Source: Cycas panzhihuaensis
Lineage: Eukaryota > Plantae > Cycadophyta
DNA length: 64,000 bases
Assembly: GCA_023213395.1 (NCBI GenBank)
Contig: CM041465.1
Coordinates: 187,929,741-187,993,740 of the forward strand
Reading direction: 5' to 3'
Position numbers and translations under genes: made by a program. How positions within the stretch are numbered: position 1 is the stretch's first letter; the number at the start of each line of letters is the position of its first letter. The notes under the pieces were generated by a model, which was not told the origin of the DNA, ran no database searches, and saw nothing but the letters and a program-made list of their open reading frames with translations. Shown here one piece after another: positions 40,060-51,567 of the stretch.

Positions 40060-40370
40060 TACAACCTGGTGCAATCAAGTGCAACCAAACATAATGAGGT
40101 ACGGCCAGGTACAACTAGAACCATAATAAGTGTGATCATAAATGTCACCAAGTATAAACAGATGTGATCAAGCACAACCAGGTATAACTTGAGATGCGAC
40201 AAGGGATGACCAAGTGCGACTAGGTATGACCAAGTGTGACTAAGTACAACTTGAAGTGTGACCATGTATGACCAAGTGTGACCAAGTACAACTTGAAGCG
40301 CGACTGGGTGCAACTTGGAGTACAGTCGGATCGCAAACGTTGTGTGACTAGGTCATAAAGTTGCAACTGA
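40060..40370 (+). repeat. 10-bp tandem repeat (CAAGTGTGAC / CAGGTGCAAC), probably in the 5' LTR of gypsy G
   Basis: Repeated caagtgtgac, taggtatgac and caagtacaac units. Confidence 0.8.
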
Positions 40371-42460
40371 AACTGTGATTAAATTGTAATTAAAAGGCTT
40401 ATTTCCATGTGAACATAATGTAATGGTTAAAGTTAGTTGGAATGACTAAGGTTGTTGATGTCACAGACAATATCATACTTGTATAAGTTCGATTAATGCA
40501 ATAGGGGAAGCAGGTAATAGTTTGGGACTTTTCTTCCTGTATTCTTGATTATATGGCTTGAGCTGCAACTTGTACAAATTTGGTTGTACTATTCAACCTA
40601 TGTCTGGTTGTGAGAGGACTAGACGTAGGGCCCTTATTTGCAATAAAGATTAGGTTTGCATTCCTATCGACTTAACTTGTGCCTGCCTATCGAAGTAATG
40701 CACATAAATTGATGTGAGGTATGTAGAAGCACACATTGGTTCCATTGCCGATTGAATCTAGGGAAAAGATATAAATATGGTGAAAGCTGAGTAGACAGTT
40801 GGTTTCGCTTCCATGCCACCAAGGGTTAGGGCTGAGAAGAGACCTAAGATGTGCCAAGAACGTGGAGAGTGTTGGGCAAAGGATAGAATCTAGGTGGGAG
40901 TCTAGAAACCCAGATTTTCAATTACACCAAAGAAACAGGTGAAGAGGCGACCACCTATAAAATCAACAAAGTAAAAAAAGCTGATTGTGGAAGAAGAAAT
41001 CAAAAAAGAGGATGAGGGTGACAAAGGAACAGTCAGAAGTCTTGCCCAAGAATTGGCAGCTTAGACAGAAGAAGAAGACTAAATGTGTGCATTGGAAGAG
41101 GATTGTTTCAAGGAAATTCACTTACAAGAAAGCGTGGCTGAAGAAAAGGAACCTATAGGAGTAATAATAACACCAAATGATGAAAGTAATTCCATAAATT
41201 TAGAATTGTACAGTACAACTAGCACAGGGTGGGACAATTATTTGATCGAAATAGGAACTCCCCTCACTCATATACTCATCCCTCTCTTTGATAGAATGAG
41301 TAGAAGGCTCATCGGGGTGATTACATCAACAATTGATCTGCTAGTACTAGAAGCAAGCCTTGAGCAGGCAAGAAGTATGACAGGAGAGGGTGACAATTTG
41401 CCAATTCGAGGAGGCATGAGTGCAAGAGGAGGAAGTCCATTGGAGAATCCCTCCTTGTTGATGAATGCAGGAGGAGGTGGCAATCAACCACCACCATGAG
41501 GGCTACCTTGAGGAACTGCATTAGGGGGAATAGGACAAGGGGGTCCTAATTTGATAAGCAGTATACCACCAATAGTCCCATATGGTATTGTGCAAAATGA
41601 TGCAGTATTTACAAGTTTGTAGTTTGATGGGTCTACGAATCTAGTGGATCACTTGACATTGTTTAGAAACATGTTGCAAATCAAACGAATTCGAGACCTT
41701 GATGAGATAAAAGCTAGATTTTTCTCAACACTACGAGGAGCAACGATTTCCTGGTTTCTATATGCTTCGCCATAGAACCCATCATGGGATCAACTTAAAG
41801 TATATTTCTTGGATTGCTTTCAAAAATTGAGGGACCCAATGGTGATTTTACAAGCTCTGGAGGAAATAACACAATTTTTAGGGGAGTCAGTGAATGATTT
41901 TGATGGTCAAATGAGGATCATCATGAACAAAATGGACGCATTGGCACCCATTAATTTGATGCTGGCAATGAAGTATTTTGTTCAAGGATTAACGCCATAG
42001 TTGCGATATAAAGTTATGCTTCATCCAATGCATAACTATGAGTAGGTTCAGGAATTAGCTCTAAAATTTGAGAATCAAATGAAGACTACGTATTCCCAGT
42101 GAATGATGCATGCGAATTCGGTCTTGAGAAAGATATTGCCTTTATCTAGACATCGCCATTAAGTGTGAATGTATAGCCATTCACGATGAATGGGCAGTAA
42201 ACAATATAGGCTCCACAAATGGGAACAAATCCAGAATTGGAAGCTTTAAGGAGGGAGGAGGAAACACTGAAACAACAACCACTTGTGTTTGTACCAACAA
42301 ATATGTAGCATAATCAAGAAATTAAAAAACTGCAACAAGAAGTGGCCCAACTACGCCTGGAGAAATCTAGAGAAAATATTTAGTGCCCCCCACCTTGCAA
42401 CCAACAAGGACAGTTAAAGAATGAGCATTTAGGATCGATAAAATGGTGTGAGAATTGTAG

Positions 42461-42552
42461 AAGAACTAACCACAATACGTGGGAATGTTTGTTCAGACAA
42501 GGCCTGAAGAACTAACCACAATACGTGGGAATGTTTCTTCAGACAAGGCCTG
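42461..42552 (+). repeat. 46-bp tandem duplication in the gag knuckle region of G
   Basis: aagaactaaccacaatacgtgggaatgttt(g/c)ttcagacaaggcctg occurs twice with one mismatch. Confidence 0.95.
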
Positions 42553-45500
42553 ACAATCCTAGAATGAAAGGTCCATAACATATTTTTTAAGAAAGCGGAA
42601 CGAGGCCGACAATATAAAGGTAAAACAAAGTCAACTCGATGTTTTCTTTGTCAAAGATGGGGACATTATAGGTCTGAATGTCCACTAGAAAAAAAGGGTG
42701 TTGAATTTATCTACGAAGAATGTGGACCTGTGGACCATGAATGGGCCAATTGTTTGAAGAACATGAAAGTGCAAACGACCAACTTAGTTACAAAAATACT
42801 AGACAAGGAAGTTCTGTCCTATTTACAGACTAGGAGCGGAAAAGTAGTAACCATGCTAGTTCAGAACAATTTCCTAGAACCTGCGGTGGAAAAACAAAGA
42901 CTTTAGGAAGCAGTGAAGATCCTCCAAGAAGCCATGAATGTAGTTCAACAAGAAGAAAAACAATAGGAGCAAAGATTCAAGGGTCAAGTATATAAAAGGA
43001 GATCAGTCCTTGTTGAAATTCCACCACCAAAGGAAGGTATGAACCCTTGGTAGAGATTTTAGTCTATTAAGGATTTGTTAATAGAATTAGGAGTTTTGAT
43101 TCCAATTGCTGCAGTATTTAGATGGTGGGAGGTAGGCTATTTTCAGTGGATTGTGTTGGATCAAATTGAAAAGCTTGTGCTCAAAGCAATAAAAGAAAAT
43201 GGAGTGGACTCTAGGGTACCAATGGTGATTCTTGGGACAATGCTATGCAGAACAATTATGGATGGAGGATCAGGTGTAAATGTATTGCTATAATCTTCAT
43301 GGATAGAATTAGGAAGGCCCAAAGTGGTTGCCTTAGACTATGCCATAAGATTGGCAAATCAATTGCAAGTGAGGCCAATGGGAACATTGATGAATGTTCT
43401 GATGACTGTGGCAGGAATAACTGTCTTGGTGGACTTTGTAGTGGTTAAAATGCAATGTTAGAAAAAAACTTATCCAGCGTTGCTTGGTAGGCCATGTTTA
43501 CTGGTCACTAAAGCTATTCAAGATTGGAGCAAGTACACATTTATATTATCAACTGGAAATAAAATAGTTACCCTGCCCTTATGCTCAGATGGACCTCAAA
43601 TTGAAAAAATTAAGGATGTTGAAAGAGCCTCCTTCGCAATGGTGGAAATAAAATCAACGGTAAGTCCCTGTTCGGAAAGGACATACAAATTGCAATCCAC
43701 CATACCTAGCAATGCATCTTCTTCCTATATGCTAAACTGGCTTCAAAATGCATGGGATGAAACTGAACCAACAACTTGCTACCGACTGGAGATGTGCCCA
43801 GACTCCTCGGATGAGGAAGAAGAAGCTGATCCTAAGACAAGTAAGGAGCAGTCCCAGATACTCGGAGAAGGAGAACAAGGAATTCAAATGGATAAGATCC
43901 AAGACTTGTAGACAATGCGAGGTAACCCAAAATTATATAGCGAAATTGTTGAAAATTTTCCACAATTTTGGGGTTAAGAAAATGAGGCAGGAAATCATTT
44001 GAATCAATGTATTGATATATTGAAAAACAAGGAATGGTAAGAAGATTTTTGGTGCTATTTATTTCCAAAGTCCCTATTAGGACAAGCTTTTGCTTGGTAT
44101 GCTGCTTATTGTATGAAATTTAAAAATTGGTGTGACATAAGTCAAAACTTTTTAAATAGATTCTAGATGAAAGATAAGAATCTTCCTGAATTTTAGAATA
44201 GGGATAATCCCCATACACGCGGAAAGATGTGTCTTTAAATGGAACAAAACCCATGTTCTAAAAAGTGAATGGAGCCAACGACTGGTACATACTTTAGAAG
44301 GGGTGTGCCTAGTATGGTACCAATACTATGACAAATCACAGTTAGTAGAGTAGGATGAATTAGTGCAAAACTTTTGTCGCACCTTTGCATATCATAGCAA
44401 GGACAATAAAATCCAGAATATCTTGTATGCGTTAAAGCAGAAGTTAATGAGTCAAACTGAAGATTGTTTTCAAGTAGAAAGGATGGAACAAATTTTTGTG
44501 TCCCATAATTTAGATGAAGCACAAGATGGTCCAAAAAATGCATAGAATTTTCCTCCAGAATACTTTGTGACGAGTATGGAGACAGGATAATTGATAGAAC
44601 CCCACAATACATTTTGAACTAAGATGGCGAATCGGTGAAGGGGAAGCAACTAAAGACAAAGCAAATCAATATAGGGACAGAAGAACAACCCCAGTTAATC
44701 ACCATGGGAGATTACTGGGATGTGAAGACAATTAACCAAGCAACATCTTTGTTCTTGGAATACAAGGATGTCTTTGCTTGGTCCTATAAGGACCTAAAAG
44801 GCATTCTATCAGAATTGGGAGAACATCGAATAGAGTTGGTGGAGGGAGCAAAGCTGGTGAGGCAGTGCCCCTATAGAATGAACCCCAATTATAAATAGAA
44901 AGTGAAGGTAGAGATAGACAAGCTATTGGAAGCGGGATATATTTTTGAAGTTGACAATAGTGAATGGGTTAGTCCAGTAGTCTTAGTTCCCAAGAAGAAT
45001 GGGAAACTATGAATTTGTGTGGACTATAGAGCCTTAAATAAGGCCACAAAGAAAGACCCTTTTCCTATACCCTTCACCGAGGACATTTTGGAGAAGGTGG
45101 TAAGTCATGAAGTTTATTCGTTCACAGATGGGTTCAATGGATATAACCAGGTAAGAATAGCCCCTGAAGACCAATTAAAGACAACTTTTGTGATAGAATG
45201 GGGTACATATGCTTATAGGGTCATGCCCTTTGGCTTGACCAACGCACCAACCACATTCCAATGATTCATTCTAAACATTTTCCGACATATGATTGAAAAA
45301 ACCATTGAGGTATTTCTGGATGATTGGACCCTATACACCCGTCTGAAAAACCATCTTGGTAATTTGAGGATAATGCTAGAAACTTGCAGGAGAAATAATC
45401 TGTGTTTAATCCATACAAGTGTATATTCTTGGTTTCGTTTGGATCTCTACTGGGCACACAGTAATGAAGGCTTGCTAATGGACCCAGAAAAAGTGGCTGT

Positions 45501-48500
45501 CATCTTGAACTTTCCAATGCCTGAGACAGTTAAGCAATTAAAAGGGTTCTTGGGAATGACAGGTTATTATAGGAAGTTTATCACAGAATATGTCAAGATA
45601 GCAAATCCCCTTGAAATGTTGTTAAAGAAAAGACTAACGTGGCAATGGAATTTATAGCAGCAGTTAGCATTTGGTTTGTTGAAAAGAAAAGTAGTAGAGG
45701 CACTGGTCCTAAGATTTCTTGACTGGAATAAACCATTCCATGTACATGTGGATTCATCTCTCTTTGTGATAGGGTGCATGTTAACTCAGCCCAAAGATGG
45801 CAATATAGACTTTCCAACTATTTTGCCAGTTGAAAGTTGACACAGGTAGAGCAAAATTATTCAATAATAGAAAGAGAGGGCCTTTAAATGGTGTATGCAT
45901 TACAAAAATTTAGACATTATTTATTAGCTAATCCGTTTGTATTCTTTGTGGATCATCAGGCCTTGCAATATTTGATTAACAAACCAATCTTACAAGGAAG
46001 GATTAACAGGTGGGTGACGCTGTTTCAAGAATTAAATTTTAAAATCATTGTCAAGAAGGGGGAGAAACATACATTGCCCAATCAACTATCTAGAAATGTA
46101 AATGTAGAGGCTGCCACTAGAATTCAAGATGATTTTCCTGATACAAGATTGTTTTCAGTGGAAGTAGTACCAAAATGGTACGAGGGCATTGTGCAATATG
46201 TGTCAACAATGCGTACACCAATTGGGTTGGAATGAGTGGAACAACAAAGTTTTATTAGAAAGATATTTCCATTCCAATTGATCCAAGGTATGTTGTATAA
46301 GCTTGGGCCTGATGGAGTTCTCATACAATGTATATTAAAACATGAAGTAGAAGCAGTGGTATGGGAAGCTCATGAGGGAGTTGTAGAAAAGTACCAAAGC
46401 ACGGAGCCAATTGCTAGAAAGATCTTGCTAGTAGGATTATGGTGGGCCATGCGATTTGAAGATGTGGAAAAATGGGTCAAGGCTTGTGATATTTGCCAAA
46501 GAGTTGGTAAACTAGGTAAACTTCACTTCATGCCTTTACATCTGATTTTAGCCCAAGGCCCATTCAAGAAGTGGAGATTAGATTTCATAGGACCAATTAG
46601 CCCACCGACAAAGAGGACAAATGCCAAGGATATTCTTGTTGCCATTGATTTCCTCACTAAGTGAATGGAAGCAAAGCCTATGAAGACATTTGATGCTCAT
46701 AGCATTGCACATTTTCTGTACGAAATGATAATTGTTTGTTTTGGATGCCCACTTGAAATCGTATTCGATTAGGATAATAGTTTTCTAAACCATACAATTC
46801 AACACCTTACTATGGAATTCTTGATCCAGCATAGGAAGTCTTTGTTGTACTACCCTAGGGCCAATGGTCAGGTAGAAAGTACAAATAAAATCTTAAAGTT
46901 GGCCATGACAAAGATCTGTAGTGAAGGTAGGACGGATTGGGTAGAACGACTACATTCAATTTTATGGGCAGATAGAACGATAGTAAAGCGACCCCACAAG
47001 TAGACACCATTTCAATTGGTGTATGGATTAGAAGCGACCGTTCCTTTGGAATTCCAAGCAAAAAGTCTGCGAATAATAGTCCAGTTGTGGATGGAAGAAA
47101 GGGATTTAAGAGAATAGCGACTCATAAAACTTACGAAACTAGACGAATGACAAGCTAGAGCATTGTGGGAAATCAGGATGGAAAAGAACCATTGCAAAGC
47201 CTGGCATGACAAATATTTGAGAATGGCTCAATTCCAAGTTGGTGATTTAGTACTACTGCATGATAGTAAGTTTTGAGTTAAATTAAGGAAGATGAAGTTC
47301 AAATGGTTAGGTCCATATAGGGTGGACCAAATTGGACAAAATGGAGTTGTTTGACTCATACAGCTTGACGGATCCCTCATGGCTAAACCTATAAATGATA
47401 GTCGATTCAAGCCATATAGGTGTTGAAAAAAAAAACAAAGAATGCAAATCAGATGGGCATACTTGCTCTCTCATGGTGATGATGTAGTTGGCGAGGTTAT
47501 AATCTAGTGAAGTGTCGAAGCTGGAAACTCATCAATGGAATCCTCCTAACAATTGGTAACTGAAAATGGATGGTTGGATTGTTCATGATAAGATATTATT
47601 AAAAGCATATAATGATCGTGATATGTGATTAAGGAGTGTGACATGTGAAAGACTATCATAGTCATGAGTTAGTAAGCATGATTGACAGTGCGAAAAGTAC
47701 TAAAGGTTGTCAATGTAAGAAACCTTCAATTAATGAAGATGAAATTCATTGATTATGTGAGAGAGACTCTATATATACAACGGTTGTTTGTAACTGTTCA
47801 TTGTTGGTACGACACTTGTTTAACACATGACCCTCATGATGTCCTAGATAAAACATTACCTTTAACACCCTCTCTTAATGTTTTATCTATTTTAAACCAA
47901 GCCTTTTTCTAAAGAATTGAAATTTATCCTTATTGGGAGGTTTTGTTAGGATATCTACAAGTTGTTCATTTGTTGTATAATGTAATTGGTCTATCTTCTT
48001 GTTTTATACTTTCTCCCGTATGAAGTGATGATGTACTTCAATATGCTTGGTTCGTGCATGGAAGACTGGATTCTTGGTCAATTTAATTGTACTCTGATTA
48101 TCACGGAACAATGTTGTTGACTCTTGTTGCTGTTGAGTTAAATCTGTTAGTAATTGTCTTAACCAAATTGCCTCACAGGATGCTGTTGACTACTGGGGTG
48201 TCTTATTACACTTACAAGATACCTCTGCTCACTTGTCAAGGTTACACAGTGCTATAGTCTAGTTCGTGGTAATCACAACATGGTCATTCACATACATTCC
48301 ACATATATTTCATGAATGGTACATGTATACGTAAATCAATGCATACTCAGCAATTCATCATCACAACACAAAGAATACACCACTTTCCATGTAACTCTTC
48401 CTTTTATTAAGTAATCAAGTCAATTTACACAGAGGCTGGAATGTATTCATGAGCATTCCAGTAGCATACAATCTTTCTGTTACACATGCGTACCCAGATG

Positions 48501-49464
48501 GTACTTATCATACAGTGCTGCTCCAATTGGCTGACATATGTGCTGACTTCCGCACCTTTGCGTACCCGTGATAATTGGCTCTCACCCTAACCTGGTGGTT
48601 CATGCGTACCTCCTTAAGTACTCATGTTGGTACCTTTTGGATGAAGGGTTATGACCGTCATAACTGCATTCTTCATCATACGTACCTTTCTATTAATCAC
48701 TTGTTTAGGCACTTAATTAATAAACCTTTGTGTCCATATATCCGTACGTACGTCTGGCAGCTCAACATGTCTTCACTGGTTCCTTTGAGTCATGCGTACT
48801 GCTTCCGCTCGGTTCCATTCCGCCGTTAGTAATGTATCATCATACGCACTGCCTGTACATACCGCCATAATGCACCTGAATGCCGATTTCTTTGCCGTTT
48901 TGCCTCGTGCGTACCTCTGTATGGTCCGTACCTACACAACTCAGGTTATCTGACCTACCTCTGGTCCTTTCGCAGCCATAGGATCATTTTAGACTCAACA
49001 TCTATCCCGGGTCAACAGTTATGGGTTTGAGCATCCTTGCTCAACAAAACTCCAAAAAATTTCAAAATTTCGGGGTATTCCTCCCCTGCTCGGTCTCAAG
49101 GCGGCTCCTGCTGCCTCTGTCCTCCCAAAATTTCCTCATTTATCTGTTAGGGTGGCAATAATAGCATCCTTCTCTTTTATTTTGTCCTTCTGGCACCCTG
49201 TTGTCCTCATGCTGGTTGCGGAGTCCCAGAGATAATAAAGAAAACCTAAGCGTACAAATCGGAACCCTACGTACGTGCCTCTGAGGAACGCTTGCCGTTT
49301 TTGTGTCTTTGCGTACTGCGATGCGTACCAGAGCAAGTTCTTTGCGTGTTGTGCCGTATGGATGTTTGGCGAATTTTCCGGAGTCCGTTCCGCTCTGCGT
49401 ACTGCATGGGAATGCTCGTAGGTACGTAATGATTTGTCGTTTTGCGGAATTTTGTCTTATACGT

Positions 49465-49870
49465 GCCTGTGGTACGTATAGTGTTAAGAGTCTCCATTAT
49501 GCGTACTCGATTACGTACGTTTTTGATACATAAAATGTAACTAAGCACTTGAGTGTATTTTACACAGTGCGTACCCGACTACGTACTTTTTTGGTACGTA
49601 TAATGTAGTCGTTTAACTTAATTCTCTTTGCACTGTGCATACCTGCTATGTACTTTTCGTGCACGTATAATGTATTTGAGCTACTTAAAATTTGTTTACC
49701 CGTGTGTACCGATGTACTTTCGTGCACGTATAGTGTAATTTCGAGTCACTTTTTTGAACTGTGCGTACTTCAGTGTATTTCCGTGGTACGTATGGTGTAT
49801 GTTTTCATTTTGATCACTTTTTTAACTGTACGTACCTGGTAACATACCATTTTGGTACGTATACTGTATT
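49465..49870. repeat. GTAC-rich ~60-68-bp tandem array (6-7 units) in the 3' non-coding region of B
   Basis: Conserved block GTGCGTACC..TACGTACTTT..GGTACGTATA.TGTA at ~49499, 49567, 49635, 49702, 49761 and 49828. Confidence 0.85.
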
Positions 49871-50160
49871 TTGCTTGTATGCCTTGGATTTTTCCTCTGA
49901 TTTTTTCAATTGCTGATGCTATTACTTATGTCTGTGATGAGTTACAGTTATTTTTTATTTTTTCCAATTTTTTTTTTCTCTTTTTGTATCCATACCGAAC
50001 TGGATCATGGCTCGGTATCAAGGCATTTGATTGTGCCTCAATGTCATGCAATACGATATGGTACAACCGGTGATCCTACCGGGTAAGTTGCTCCACCCTA
50101 GTTGATATAGGGTTTCAGTTTACTACCCTTGACCAGTAGCTGGCCTGATAGTTTCTTCAA

Positions 50161-51522
50161 CTAGATAGTGCCATTCTGGTACACCTTCTCAATCAGATAT
50201 GGGCCTTGCCAATGCATCTTCAATTCTCCTTGGGTTGTTTGGGATTTGTTGTTGAACCGCCATACTCGATCACCCTTCTTGAAATACGATGTCTTGTCGT
50301 GGCGGTCGTGCCTTGTTCTTTTTCGCCTTTTCCTTGGTGTGGTATGCTTTGTCAATTTCTTCTTATGATCCCTTAATTGATCTTCTCCTAACCAATGTTC
50401 TCTACAATGTCTGAAATGGGAAATTCCATATAGTGGTTTTCCATAAAAGGGTTTCATATAATCTCCAACGTATTCTCCATGATTTTTGTCTTCTGGAATG
50501 GCAACTTTATTTCCTAGATCGGAATCTCTAGGGATACTCTCGGCAGTTTCCTTTTCTTTGTCCTCAAATTTGGCGCCGATGGTTGAAAAAGATCTTTCGC
50601 TGGGTAGGTGTACCTCTAAAGAAGATGAGGAAGGTTTGTTACTTCCTTCCTCGGGCTGGGATGGGGGTGGGGAAGGGCAATCTACCTCAAGACCCACACT
50701 GGAGGCAGAGGGAAGGTTAGGGTTAGAGGGGGTTGAGGTATTAGGAGGTGAATTAGGGTAAGGGTTTGGGTTAAAAGGGGGATTTGGGTTTGGGTCTAGG
50801 TTTTTAATGTTATTATTAACACTCGTATAATCAACAAATTCAGATTTAATATCAACTTCCTCAGTTACATTCCGAGAAAGTAGGTTACACTTATAGGATG
50901 AGGGGTTGACTTCATATGCGTCCCGTAGCCAATAATCCACAAATCTCATCTCGTTTTCATTGTCTGAAGAATTGTAGATTTCTCCAAAATAAGTCGGTTC
51001 TACTTTTTGGCGGTCGATTAATTTGGTAGGTTCTTCGGTCGTATGGTAGAGATTTTCTTCGCCGAACGAAGAAGTTGTTGCTTCACTCGCAATGGTTGTA
51101 CTTGAACCATCGTTAGGTATCACTTCAATGGAATTCTTTCCCAACATCGGTAATACTACTTCATTCCCTTCATCTGACAAGGTGAAGGTTACGTCTTTCC
51201 AACTTTGGAGACATTGGGTTTTGTATAGCCATGGTCTCCCCAATAAGGCCGGATAGGGAGTTGCACCTTTCTCCGTTTCCACAATCGTAAAATCGATCTT
51301 TACGACAATTCCTGCCACATCCACCTTGATGTCGGCCAATCTCCCCATAGGTCGTACCAGTAATTCGTTGGCCAATTTCAACGAATAGGTTGCCGCTTCC
51401 AACTTTGGGCTTCCCAGTTTACGCCATGTCGAAGCTGGTAACACGTTTACCGCTGCGCCTCCATCAACGATTACCCGTGGGAATGTTTCTCCCAAGACTG
51501 TCATGGTTACCATCGGATCCAT
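50161..51522 (-). CDS. Gypsy B protease (DGG) + Pro/Asn/Ser linker + integrase C-terminal GPY motif, in one 453-aa frame
   Basis: VIVDGGAAVNVLP...LLGRPWL...PNPNP...FKKGDRVW...HWQGPYLIEKVYQNGTI. Confidence 0.85.
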   Translation of the reverse strand: MDPMVTMTVLGETFPRVIVDGGAAVNVLPASTWRKLGSPKLEAATYSLKLANELLVRPMGRLADIKVDVAGIVVKIDFTIVETEKGATPYPALLGRPWLYKTQCLQSWKDVTFTLSDEGNEVVLPMLGKNSIEVIPNDGSSTTIASEATTSSFGEENLYHTTEEPTKLIDRQKVEPTYFGEIYNSSDNENEMRFVDYWLRDAYEVNPSSYKCNLLSRNVTEEVDIKSEFVDYTSVNNNIKNLDPNPNPPFNPNPYPNSPPNTSTPSNPNLPSASSVGLEVDCPSPPPSQPEEGSNKPSSSSLEVHLPSERSFSTIGAKFEDKEKETAESIPRDSDLGNKVAIPEDKNHGEYVGDYMKPFYGKPLYGISHFRHCREHWLGEDQLRDHKKKLTKHTTPRKRRKRTRHDRHDKTSYFKKGDRVWRFNNKSQTTQGELKMHWQGPYLIEKVYQNGTI

Positions 51523-51567
51523 ATCAAATGATGGTATGATTTGCTTTAGACTCTTGGTGATTCCCCG

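Noticed and set aside
49465-49870. CRISPR-like repeat-spacer appearance
   Set aside because: The repeats are degenerate, the linkers resemble each other (T-rich, CACTT), there are no cas genes, and the array sits in a plant retrotransposon 3' region.
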